A program made the translations under genes and the position numbers. From an uncultured Thermoplasmatales archaeon (GTDB lineage Archaea > Thermoplasmatota > E2 > DHVEG-1), in the NCBI GenBank assembly GCA_964406955.1, contig CAYOTP010000003.1, positions 1 through 52,748 on the forward strand: a DNA stretch of 52,748 nucleotides. Reading direction: 5' to 3'. Below the pieces are notes generated by a model. The model worked only from the letters and a program-made list of their open reading frames with translations, was not told where the DNA came from and did no database searches. Shown here piece after piece: positions 27,760 through 36,846 of the stretch. Positions within the stretch are counted from its first letter, which is position 1. Each line of letters starts with the position of its first letter.

Positions 27760-28851
27760 ATGAATAAAAGACAACAAGTTCTCCACGTTTTACTTTGTTT
27801 TTTTATCATCGCCATTATCATCCCTCCAAGTTTCTCCGCATCTATTTTAAATCTAAATATTAATTCTTTCTTTAGAAATTATACTAAGACCTCTACTAAC
27901 ATTCAACCAATAACCCCCAAAGATGATGCATTTCATGGAACCACCTCATTTCCATCGGTAGAATGGTGGTATTTTGATAGTATGTTTACACCAGATTATA
28001 GTGTTCATGTTGGTTTTAAAATTTTTACCTATCAAGGATTTAATTTTTTAAAACCTGCAATAAATATTTATTACGAACAACAACTGATAGCAAATGAAAC
28101 TATTTTATTACCCCCATCTGCATTTGACGTATCTGAAGAATATCCAGAAATAACAATACATAATGAACCTGTCATGCTTTTTAACAGATCCCATTACGAG
28201 CAAACAGGTGAATGGATCTATCAAGTATCTTATTTCATAAATGACATTGGTGTTGATCTCATCTTTTCAGGTGAAACACCGGGTTGGCTGTATGAAACCC
28301 CTCACGAAGGATGGACGGTTGCTATACCACAAGGAAAGGTCAAAGGACATATTCAAATTCATGATCAAACAATTGCTGTAGAAGGACGGGGATACCATGA
28401 TCATAATTGGAATTTTAGTCTTGCAACCCCCTTTAGAGGATGGTCGTGGTACTGGGGAAAAATAACTGGAGAAACACTGAATTTAGCTTGGGCTGAGATC
28501 AAAGAAACTCGTATTTTAGAACAAACATTTACAGATAAGTTAGGAGTATTAAACACGCAGAATAATGAGTTTATTGTCATCCATCCTCAAAATATATCTT
28601 TTTCCGCAGAATCCTACGTTTTTAAAGATAACCGATTTATTCCAACAATTTTTCATATAACTATAGAACAAGATGATATCTTTGTTGACGTGACATTAAC
28701 TTCGAACGTGATCCATCGATCCGACCCCTTAATAGCAACCATACATTATTGGAGATACTTTGTTTCAGTAAATGGGGTAATATCGTATGGAGATACTATT
28801 GAACATATACATGAAAAAAACCAGATCATGGAATTTATGAGATTTATTTAA
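27760..28851 (+). CDS. secreted AttH/CrtC-like (carotenoid 1,2-hydratase-fold lipocalin-like) protein
   Basis: Signal peptide (VLHVLLCFFIIAIIIPPSFSA), then SVEWWYFDS, typical of the AttH/CrtC N-domain, and a later GRGYHDHNW. ATG 27760 is preferred over TTG 27751. Confidence 0.45.
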   Translation: MNKRQQVLHVLLCFFIIAIIIPPSFSASILNLNINSFFRNYTKTSTNIQPITPKDDAFHGTTSFPSVEWWYFDSMFTPDYSVHVGFKIFTYQGFNFLKPAINIYYEQQLIANETILLPPSAFDVSEEYPEITIHNEPVMLFNRSHYEQTGEWIYQVSYFINDIGVDLIFSGETPGWLYETPHEGWTVAIPQGKVKGHIQIHDQTIAVEGRGYHDHNWNFSLATPFRGWSWYWGKITGETLNLAWAEIKETRILEQTFTDKLGVLNTQNNEFIVIHPQNISFSAESYVFKDNRFIPTIFHITIEQDDIFVDVTLTSNVIHRSDPLIATIHYWRYFVSVNGVISYGDTIEHIHEKNQIMEFMRFI

Positions 28852-28999
28852 GCTAGTTGAATAAAATGATTACATGAATGATATCACTTATCTAAATACA
28901 GTTGACGTTATTGTTGAGTTCGTTAAGTACGTTTATTTCATTGCTCAATAGAAAAAATTAAAAAACACATGATATGTAAGCAGGTGTAAATCATATTAA

Positions 29000-29072
29000 T
29001 GGGCCAGACCGGAATTGAACCGGTGACCTCCGCGTTGTAAGCGCGACGTCATAACCCCTAGACCACTGGCCC
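29000..29072 (-). tRNA. tRNA-Val (anticodon UAC), no encoded CCA, no intron
   Basis: Hand-folded cloverleaf. Acceptor GGGCCAG/CTGGCCC, D stem GTC(T)/(T)GAC, anticodon stem TCGCG/CGCGG with loop CTTACAA, T arm ACCGG-TTCAATT-CCGGT, discriminator A. Confidence 0.85.
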
Positions 29073-29253
29073 CTTGAAAATTAAATATATTGTTTTCAGA
29101 TGGACATCGTTTTCTGTTATATATCTTTTGAGGTCAATAGTGAACTCAATACTTTTCTTCGATATTCTAAAAGAATAATTAAAAAATGATGTTTGCCACT
29201 ATAGAGAGGCAAACACATAACATATCATTTAGCTTTTTGAATGAAACGAATCA

Positions 29254-30708
29254 TCAGTTCTTTTTTGAGTTCATCGTCATATTCACTGCTTGTACCGCAG
29301 CCATGGCTGCTGCAACCTTTGGACCAGATGATTGTGATTTCATCGCTTTCACATGTTCAATGACTTGATCAAGGATCTGATACCGTGGAATAAAACTAGT
29401 ATCATAGGTTCCCTTTCTCCATTGTGGATTATCCATGACCACCTGATGGAATGGAATGTTATGACGAACGCCACCGATCTGAAACTCCCATAATGCTCGT
29501 TTCACACGTTCAATTGCCCGAGGGCGGTCTTCAGCCCAAATGATAAGTTTAGCCATCATTGAATCATAATAGGGTGGGATCTCAAAACCACGATATACAC
29601 CTGAATCGATTCGTATACCTGGACCACTTGGTTCAGCATACCTGGTGATCTTACCTGGAGCAGGAGCAAAATTATTCAATGGATCCTCAGCATTAATCCG
29701 GCATTCAATGGCATGACCACGGGGATGAATATCATCTTGTGTGTTCTCCAGTGGAAGACCTGAAGCCACTCTAAGTTGTTCTCTAGCTAGATCAACTCCA
29801 GTGGTTTCCTCAGTGATTGGATGTTCAACCTGTAATCGAGCGTTCATTTCAAGGAAATAGTATTTTCCATCTTTGAACATGAACTCACACGTACCCGCGT
29901 TATAATATTTTGCCGTTTCTGCAGCAAGCACTGCTTGTTTGCCAATCTCCTCACGGAGTTCTTGTGTTAATGCACAAGAAGGAGTTTCCTCAATCAGTTT
30001 TTGATGACGACGTTGCACACTGCATTCACGTTCATACAAATGAATGATATTTCCTTCTTTATCCCCAATTACTTGATATTCAATATGACGAGGATCACCG
30101 ATGAACTTCTCAATGAGAACTGCATCATTGCCAAAACTATTCTTTGCCAGTTGTCTTACACTATTGAGAGCTTTTTCCATCTGCTGTTCATTATCCACCT
30201 TTTGAATGCCAATTCCTCCACCGCCAGCACTTGCTTTCAACATGACGGGATAACCGATCTCATGGGCGATATCTTTTGCTTTTTCATGATCTTTTATCGC
30301 TTCGGTGACACCGGGAACAACATGAACTCCTGCTTTTATCATGGATTTCTTAGAATCGATTTTTGATCCCATTAGTTTCATTGCAGAAACCGGTGGGCCG
30401 ATGAATTCGATATTGTTCTTGTGGCAGAGCTCTGCGAAGCGATCATCTTCAGCCATGAAACCATAACCAGGATGAATTCCTTCAGCTCCTGATTTCAAGG
30501 CAGCATCAATGATGTTATCTTTATTTAGATAACTTTGACTGGCTGGACCTGGACCAATATTATATTTTTCATCAGCGTATTTCACAAATAATGATTTACT
30601 ATCTGCATCTGAAAAAACAGCAACGGTACCAATACCAAGTTCTTTACATGCCCTCATAATTCGAAGTGCAATCTCACCTCGATTTGCGATAAGAACCTTA
30701 TTTAACAT
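29254..30708 (-). CDS. pycA: pyruvate carboxylase subunit A (biotin carboxylase)
   Basis: MLNKVLIANRGEIALRI start, ATP-grasp GGGGIGIQ loop, EMNARLQVEHPITE. Sits directly downstream of the carboxyltransferase/BCCP subunit gene. Confidence 0.85.
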   Translation of the reverse strand: MLNKVLIANRGEIALRIMRACKELGIGTVAVFSDADSKSLFVKYADEKYNIGPGPASQSYLNKDNIIDAALKSGAEGIHPGYGFMAEDDRFAELCHKNNIEFIGPPVSAMKLMGSKIDSKKSMIKAGVHVVPGVTEAIKDHEKAKDIAHEIGYPVMLKASAGGGGIGIQKVDNEQQMEKALNSVRQLAKNSFGNDAVLIEKFIGDPRHIEYQVIGDKEGNIIHLYERECSVQRRHQKLIEETPSCALTQELREEIGKQAVLAAETAKYYNAGTCEFMFKDGKYYFLEMNARLQVEHPITEETTGVDLAREQLRVASGLPLENTQDDIHPRGHAIECRINAEDPLNNFAPAPGKITRYAEPSGPGIRIDSGVYRGFEIPPYYDSMMAKLIIWAEDRPRAIERVKRALWEFQIGGVRHNIPFHQVVMDNPQWRKGTYDTSFIPRYQILDQVIEHVKAMKSQSSGPKVAAAMAAVQAVNMTMNSKKN

Positions 30709-30753
30709 ATTATTTTCACATCCTTAATCTTTCAATTTTTTGAGTTCATATGT

Positions 30754-32568
30754 TTAAAGAATTTGCATTAATAAATCGCCGCTTTTCACTGCATCGCCTT
30801 CGCCAACAAAGACCTCTTTGACTTCACCATCGACTTCGGATTTGATTTCTTGCTCCATTTTCATTGCTTCGATGGTAACAAGAATATCTCCTTTTTTGAC
30901 CTTGGCGTCTTTACCAACTTTCACTGAAAGAATGGTTCCTTGCATGTTTGATTTGATACCACCCTCAACATCTTTTGGGGGGGCAGTTGCATCGCCACCA
31001 GATCCTGCAACAAGAAAACCGCCCTGTGGAGTTACTTTTACTTCATAAGCTTCACCATCGACCTCAACTTCAAATTCAGTTGGGATTTGTGTTGGACCAC
31101 TCCGTTTTTCTGGTGGTTCTGTTTCTAAGTAAAGATCGTCGACCTCAGGGAATGATTGTTTCACCATTCCTCTTGTAAGTTTATGATCGATGGGGAGGGG
31201 CAATTCTTCTGAAGTGAATTCTGCTTTAGCTTTTCCTTGTAAAAATTTTAGACCCACTTGTGGGTAGATGGCATAGGTCATTACGTTTTCATCATTGATT
31301 TCAACATCAGCATGTGCTTTCAGTTCGGATTTTCGTTGTTCCCACATCGGTTCCAGCAGATCAGCAGGTCGGCAATCAATAACCTCATCTTTCCAATTTT
31401 TTCCCAGTGCTTTCTTCATGATTTTTGGATCGATTTCAGCAGGTGGTTTACCATACATTCCCTTACAATAATCTTTTGTTTCCTTTGGAATAACATTGTA
31501 TCTTCCGTGAAGCACATTCATCACTGCCTGCACACCGACAACCTGACTAGTTGGCGTTACAAGAGGAGGATAGCCCAGTTCTTTTCGAACACGAGCAGTT
31601 TCATTTAAAATCTCTTGATATTTTCCATGAGCACCTTGTTCTTCAAGTTGGAAAATAAGATTGGATAACATTCCACCTGGGATTTGATGAAGTGTCACAC
31701 TTGGATCCACTTTTAATGCATTGAACCGGTGTAAATGTCGGTATTTATCCCAGATTTTGAGGAAATATTTTCTGATTTCAATAAGTGCTTCCAAATCGTA
31801 GCCGGTATCAAACGTTGTATCTTTTAATGCAGCAACGACGCTTTCAGTTGGTAGCGCTGCCGTTCCACCTGAAATAGGAGATATAGCAGTATCAAGAATG
31901 TCAACTCCTGCATCGATTGCAGCTTGATAGGCCATACCTGTCATACCGCTGGTACAGTGGGAATGCAGATCAATTGGTATCTTTATCCCTGCATCTTTTA
32001 CCCCCTTAATGATATCGTAGGCTCTTTTTGGTGATATCATTCCAGCCATGTCTTTGATACAAAGAGAATCCGCACCCATTTTCTCTAATTTATGGAAACT
32101 TTCAACGTAATAATCAACTGTGTGAACTGGTGAAATCGTGTAACTTAAACATGCTTGAACATGTCCGCCTTCATCCTTAGTTGCTTTTATGGGGACTTCC
32201 ATATTTCGTAGATCATTTAAAGCATCAAAAATTCGGAAATAGTCCACTCCGTTTTTCTTTGCCAGATGCATAAATTTTTTTACAACATCATCTGGAAAGT
32301 TTCTGTATGCAACAATGTTCATTGCTCGTTCTAACATTTGCATGGGTGTGTTTGGCATTGCTTTTTTTAATAGACGGATGCGTTCCCAAGGGTCTTGATT
32401 TAGATACCTTATGGGTACATCAAACGTCGCTCCACCCCATACTTCCATTGAAAAATAACCGATTTCATCAAGTTTTTCAGCGATGGGGATCATATCTTCC
32501 GTTCGCATTCGAGTAGCAAGCATTGATTGGTGGGCATCTCTTAATATTAATTCATGGATTTGGACCAT
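30754..32568 (-). CDS. pycB: pyruvate carboxylase subunit B (carboxyltransferase plus biotinyl domain)
   Basis: LRDAHQS N-terminus, HSHCTSGM metal site, and a C-terminal biotinyl lysine motif IEAMKMEQEI. Confidence 0.85.
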   Translation of the reverse strand: MVQIHELILRDAHQSMLATRMRTEDMIPIAEKLDEIGYFSMEVWGGATFDVPIRYLNQDPWERIRLLKKAMPNTPMQMLERAMNIVAYRNFPDDVVKKFMHLAKKNGVDYFRIFDALNDLRNMEVPIKATKDEGGHVQACLSYTISPVHTVDYYVESFHKLEKMGADSLCIKDMAGMISPKRAYDIIKGVKDAGIKIPIDLHSHCTSGMTGMAYQAAIDAGVDILDTAISPISGGTAALPTESVVAALKDTTFDTGYDLEALIEIRKYFLKIWDKYRHLHRFNALKVDPSVTLHQIPGGMLSNLIFQLEEQGAHGKYQEILNETARVRKELGYPPLVTPTSQVVGVQAVMNVLHGRYNVIPKETKDYCKGMYGKPPAEIDPKIMKKALGKNWKDEVIDCRPADLLEPMWEQRKSELKAHADVEINDENVMTYAIYPQVGLKFLQGKAKAEFTSEELPLPIDHKLTRGMVKQSFPEVDDLYLETEPPEKRSGPTQIPTEFEVEVDGEAYEVKVTPQGGFLVAGSGGDATAPPKDVEGGIKSNMQGTILSVKVGKDAKVKKGDILVTIEAMKMEQEIKSEVDGEVKEVFVGEGDAVKSGDLLMQIL

Positions 32569-32610
32569 TTTATTCTGCCTCCATTTTTTTCACGCTTTTT
32601 TTTATCGTTT

Positions 32611-32633
32611 TTAGGATTTTTATTATATCCTAA
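32611..32633. promoter_or_regulatory. TTAGGAT-N9-ATCCTAA palindrome bracketing the TATA-like box of the pycB-pycA promoter
   Basis: Perfect 7-bp arms. The spacer TTTTATTAT is the TATA candidate for the minus-strand operon, about 54 nt upstream of ATG 32568. A GGAGG RBS lies at 32578-32584 (minus). Confidence 0.35.
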
Positions 32634-32879
32634 ATGGGTGCAAGGTATCCCATCATGCTACTTAATAATATCGGGAGAAAACTCCTCTAATTTCCGATCC
32701 GTTTATTCGCTGAAACAAAAACCATCGAAAAGCATTCAATGCAGGTGAAGTTTTTTTCGTTGCGATGAAGACGTGTTTTGTGTTCATTTTTTGATAAAAT
32801 TCGGCAAAAGTAGATAACAATGTACAAAATAATATAAAAGAGAAGCAACTAATAGTATACTAAGGGGTGAAAGTTCATT

Positions 32880-34457
32880 ATGAATAATCATATTCGATTA
32901 GGGGCAGTAGGCGTAATTGTTTTTGTTCTGCTTGCTTCGACAGGTTTTTCAGCAGCATATCAACAATCCAATTTACTAAATAGAACATCTAGCAAACATG
33001 AATTGGATACCACATTAGATGAAGAAACACTTGATGTGAAAAAGGTGTTAAAAAACATATTTTTTAGCAGAAACGATAATGAAAATCCACTTTTGGAGTT
33101 CTTTACGAGTACAATCACTACTACTTCTGGTGATGTTGAAAAAGATACAGACATCATATTTGGTTTACCTAACGAAATTGATGTGGATAATGACGAGAGT
33201 ACGGGAATAAATGGAAAAGATATTCGTGTTCAATATTTCATTCTCCCATATTTTTTACCAGGACCTCAATTTACAGTTGGTGCCATGTTTTCCATCACTG
33301 TTGAACGGATCGGTATTGAAATTAGTGAAAACCACTTTTCATTATCTGCAACGATTGGCGATAACCTTTTCTCTGTTGGATACGAGTCACCTGAAACTGA
33401 ATCTAACGAGGTTCCCAATCATATTCAAGTCTCATCAACGGTTTTCTTTCAGCCATTTGATGGTGCAACGGGGTTTTCATTTTATATGAATCCTTCATTT
33501 ACTTCAAATCAACATGAAAAACAGATTACTTTATTTGCAGGAGTTGATGACCAACAGGTAAAAAGATCTTTTTCATTTGGTTTTCAGCCTGCTAGTGAAA
33601 CGAAAATAACGCTTCGTTCTGCATTGGATTCAAATGAATGGGAGTATACATTTACTAAAGAGGCATCATTTGATACGACTTTTACTGCAGAAATGACAAA
33701 AACAGTGAGTGGAATTACCAAGGAAACGAAATTGACCATTGATTCATTGCCTGAAGAGATATCATTTTTGCTTTCCTTAACTCCTTTTTCATCAGACGGG
33801 GGACGTATCAAATACGAAAGTGAGTCTATGTATGATGTTAGTGTACTTATTGAAACTTCAGATATCGGGCTTTGTAAGTATGCTTTGATTAAAAACACGC
33901 CTCGATTCCTTTCTGCGGAATGGATTCCATCTAGAGAAAATGGGTTTTATGATGTGAATCTTGATTCAGATGGAACATCGATAGTTCTTTTGAATGCTTT
34001 GCATAATCCAACAATTAATCTTACTATTCGTGATTTATCTACGGTAGATATGACTGCGTTTTGGAATCTGACAAATCCAGGTGATTTGAAGGTGGTAAAA
34101 GATCCTACACTACAGGTTGATCTATCATTGATTTTTGAAGAGTGGGTGGCACATTTGAATGCTAAACCAACCGCTGAAAATATTTATTTTTCATGGAAAT
34201 CAAATGTTTCAGGATATTTAACGTTAGATACTGATGAACAGCCATTGAGTAATATGGATTTGTTAGTGAAAGGACCTCATAATGGCATACAGATTATCGG
34301 GGAGACATTAACTGCTGATGATTTTCATTTAGACTGGACCGTGTGGCCGTTATCTGATTTTTATGTTAATAAAACAGGTTCAATTACGTTCTTATCATTG
34401 TCCATCGATGTATTGATCGGTGAAACATGGTACCATGTTTGGCCTTTGTTTCCATGA
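32880..34457 (+). CDS. hypothetical secreted or membrane-anchored protein
   Basis: 525 aa. N-terminal hydrophobic segment LGAVGVIVFVLLASTGFSA. The rest is beta-rich, S/T/N/D-rich, with no recognisable motif. Confidence 0.55.
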   Translation: MNNHIRLGAVGVIVFVLLASTGFSAAYQQSNLLNRTSSKHELDTTLDEETLDVKKVLKNIFFSRNDNENPLLEFFTSTITTTSGDVEKDTDIIFGLPNEIDVDNDESTGINGKDIRVQYFILPYFLPGPQFTVGAMFSITVERIGIEISENHFSLSATIGDNLFSVGYESPETESNEVPNHIQVSSTVFFQPFDGATGFSFYMNPSFTSNQHEKQITLFAGVDDQQVKRSFSFGFQPASETKITLRSALDSNEWEYTFTKEASFDTTFTAEMTKTVSGITKETKLTIDSLPEEISFLLSLTPFSSDGGRIKYESESMYDVSVLIETSDIGLCKYALIKNTPRFLSAEWIPSRENGFYDVNLDSDGTSIVLLNALHNPTINLTIRDLSTVDMTAFWNLTNPGDLKVVKDPTLQVDLSLIFEEWVAHLNAKPTAENIYFSWKSNVSGYLTLDTDEQPLSNMDLLVKGPHNGIQIIGETLTADDFHLDWTVWPLSDFYVNKTGSITFLSLSIDVLIGETWYHVWPLFP

Positions 34458-34545
34458 TCAATTCGTTTATGAGCAATACCCTTTTTTCCCTCTTTATGCT
34501 GATACCGTTATATGGATCGTGAAAAGTAACCCTACTCTACGGGAG

Positions 34546-36000
34546 TTAAAAGGCGGAATTTGCAAGTTGGTTTTGATAATATTTTAAAAGTATGAAATTA
34601 ATAATCTCCCGGATATTGCTATTATTTGAAAATGAAGGAATCGATATGATATTATACAGTGTTTTATGAATCATTTTACCTCGATATTCTTCATTGTTTT
34701 GGTAAACGGTGGTGTAGGTTACATCCTCAATGAGATATTGTTCTTCAACATGAACCAGTTCATCTGAATCTTCATCAACCTTAAATGATGTCCCTAAAAA
34801 AGATTGGGTGAAAAAAATCGCTGAACAGTTGGCAAAAAGAATGACAATGCTGACTAGAATCGTTAGAAATGTTTTTTTCCTGCACTGTTTGAAAAGGATA
34901 AGAAATCGTTCAGTCATTGTGAGTTGATATGAGCTGAGTTCAAGAAGGGAAACAGATATTGTCGGGCTTGATTTATGTTCAGTTCGTGATAATGATTGTG
35001 TGTATTCGGCTATTTTGATTAGTGCTTCCATGAATGAAACTTTGTCACCATGGCTTGTGTTATAGCTGGCATCAGCTAAGAGTTCTCGTTTGTTGAATAT
35101 TTTTTTTGCAACTAAGTGGATAAATGGGTTGTAAAAGCAAAGTATTCTTGCTGATTGAATGAATGCTTTGAGGAGTATGTCATGATGTTTTATGTGGGTG
35201 AGTTCATGGCGAAGTGTTGTTTTTAATTCGTTATTTGATAGAACCTGTTGTAATCGATCTGAAATGACAAGAATTGGAGGATGCCCAAGAACAAACGCAT
35301 TGGGAGATCCACAGTATGTATAGATTTTTGGGGTTTTTATGTGAATTTCTTTTGAAATTTTTTCGATGAGTGAAATAAGTTTTTTGTTATTGGTCGGATA
35401 GGCGTTAATTGTTTTCAAATAATGTTTTTTTCCGATAAAGAGATGGTAGATTGAAAATAGTATTGAAAAAAGAATGAAAAAGGAAATAACAAATAAGATC
35501 GGCGGATGTGACTCTACTGTATGTTGGATTGATGCAACTAGTGATTCTTTATCCTCGTTATTTGTTGTTTGTTCATTGGTTTGATCCTGTGAAATATCTT
35601 TTATTGGTTCTTTATCCGCATTTGTATCATCAATGATGAAGTCATACCAGGATATTTCAAGTATGAATCGATGGGGTGTTAATCCGGTTTCACCCCCCTC
35701 ATTGTTCGTCTGGTCAATGGGGATGATTTTTGATGAAATCGATTGATTTGACAAGTTTTGAACAGCATCATTTGAAAGATTGTCTGCAGATGTTTTGGAT
35801 GAATCGAGTCTAGGGGAATCTGAAATGGCGATATATGTGAGGGGGATAAAGGAAAATGCAATGAGGAAAACAATAATATAAACAAAAAATGTGTTCTTTG
35901 GATGAGATATTTTAAAAATTTTCATAAAGAGTTCTGCCATACAATAAGCAATACCTGTAAGAAGGATCGGTAGGAGTATTGCAAGTAGTATCTCATTCAT
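34546..36000 (-). CDS. BlaR1/MecR1-like M56 membrane metalloprotease signal transducer with a non-PBP C-terminal domain
   Basis: LRHELTHIKHHD (HExxH...D as in M56) follows three TM segments. A fourth TM is followed by a domain of about 90 aa with no penicillin-binding motifs. 8-nt overlap with the blaI-like gene. Confidence 0.7.
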   Translation of the reverse strand: MNEILLAILLPILLTGIAYCMAELFMKIFKISHPKNTFFVYIIVFLIAFSFIPLTYIAISDSPRLDSSKTSADNLSNDAVQNLSNQSISSKIIPIDQTNNEGGETGLTPHRFILEISWYDFIIDDTNADKEPIKDISQDQTNEQTTNNEDKESLVASIQHTVESHPPILFVISFFILFSILFSIYHLFIGKKHYLKTINAYPTNNKKLISLIEKISKEIHIKTPKIYTYCGSPNAFVLGHPPILVISDRLQQVLSNNELKTTLRHELTHIKHHDILLKAFIQSARILCFYNPFIHLVAKKIFNKRELLADASYNTSHGDKVSFMEALIKIAEYTQSLSRTEHKSSPTISVSLLELSSYQLTMTERFLILFKQCRKKTFLTILVSIVILFANCSAIFFTQSFLGTSFKVDEDSDELVHVEEQYLIEDVTYTTVYQNNEEYRGKMIHKTLYNIISIPSFSNNSNIREIINFILLKYYQNQLANSAF

Positions 36001-36376
36001 CTTTTTTCATCTCAGCTAATTTTTGTTTTATCTTTTCAATATCCTCTTCACTTTCAGATAGTTCTTCAGCTAAATAGTTTATGGTGCTTTGTTCAAATCG
36101 TTTTAATAAATCAGAAAGGGTTGTTTTTACAATTGTTTTTTCCAATTCATTTTTTGTTATTAATGGTGAATATATATACTGTCGGTTTGTTGGGTGTCTA
36201 TGTTGTGAAATTATTTTTTTTCTCACTAAACGTTTGATAATTGTTCGAACGGTGGAGTAGGCTCTTCGTTCGTCACAGTTTTCAAGGCAAGTGCAAATTT
36301 CCCTAGCGGTTGCTTCCCGTTTGTCCCAAAGGACTGTAAGGATCTTGCGCTCTAATGGGCCAACGTTTCGTGTCAT
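35993..36376 (-). CDS. BlaI/MecI/CopY-family winged-helix repressor
   Basis: GPLERKILTVLWDKREATAREI...YSTVRTIIKRLVRKKII, followed by a C-terminal helical dimerisation region. 127 aa. Confidence 0.8.
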   Translation of the reverse strand: MTRNVGPLERKILTVLWDKREATAREICTCLENCDERRAYSTVRTIIKRLVRKKIISQHRHPTNRQYIYSPLITKNELEKTIVKTTLSDLLKRFEQSTINYLAEELSESEEDIEKIKQKLAEMKKDE

Positions 36377-36418
36377 AGGTGTAAAAATAATGTTCTTTTA
36401 GTATTTATAATTTGTCAC

Positions 36419-36433
36419 GTTACAATAGGTAAC
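36419..36433. promoter_or_regulatory. GTTAC-N5-GTAAC palindrome 1, candidate BlaI-like operator at the blaI promoter
   Basis: GTTACAATAGGTAAC lies 9 nt upstream (gene sense) of the minus-strand TATA-like TTATAAATA (36402-36410), which is about 30 nt from ATG 36376. Confidence 0.5.
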
Positions 36434-36510
36434 TTAGCTAATTGATTTTGTTTTTTCCAACAGTATTCGTAAGCTTTTTATAGTGGAAGATGCATATGGT
36501 TGATTGTAGT

Positions 36511-36525
36511 GTTACGGTTTGTAAC
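36511..36525. promoter_or_regulatory. GTTAC-N5-GTAAC palindrome 2, candidate BlaI-like operator at the divergent plus-strand promoter
   Basis: GTTACGGTTTGTAAC (extended AGTGTTAC/GTAACGCT, 7 of 8) lies about 32-46 nt downstream of the plus-strand TATA-like TTTTTATAG (36475-36483), at or just after the expected TSS. Confidence 0.5.
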
Positions 36526-36531
36526 GCTTAG

Positions 36532-36846
36532 ATGCGTAAAATAAACGTGAAACGCATGGAAAAACAATCGAAAAAACAACAAAACAAAAAATTCGGAAGA
36601 AAGGGTTTTTCTGCCTCCTTTAAGCCCTTCTCCAAATTTACGCCCCTTAACACTGCCCCCAAAAAAACGAAAAAAGAAAGCAAAAAAACGGGGAGGAGGA
36701 CATGCCCCTTATTGTTAATTTCCTCCTTTTTGCTTTTCCCTCAAAAAAATGTCCTCCCTCCCCACCCCCTTTCTATTAGAACCAATCTAAGTACACTAAT
36801 AACTATTAATAAGCATCATTCCATTGACAAAAAAAGAGGAGTGTGA
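36532..36846 (+). other. about 315-nt leader or doubtful uORF with homopurine/homopyrimidine tracts and GGAGG/CCTCC complementary elements
   Basis: The ORF encodes a low-complexity, very basic peptide. Its TGA overlaps the GTG start of the next gene (GTGTGA). It contains GGGGAGGAGGAC (36690-36701), complementary to TCCTCC (36721-36726) and GTCCTCCCTCCCC (36751-36763). Confidence 0.25.

Noticed and set aside
29073-29073. Extra G 5' of the tRNA acceptor stem, which could indicate a tRNA-His G-1
   Set aside because: The anticodon loop reads CTTACAA (UAC, Val), and the 7-bp acceptor stem closes without the extra G, so it belongs to the 5' leader.
30001-31608. Plus-strand ORFs of 67-121 codons inside pycA and pycB
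   Set aside because: They are antisense to two strongly motif-supported carboxylase genes.
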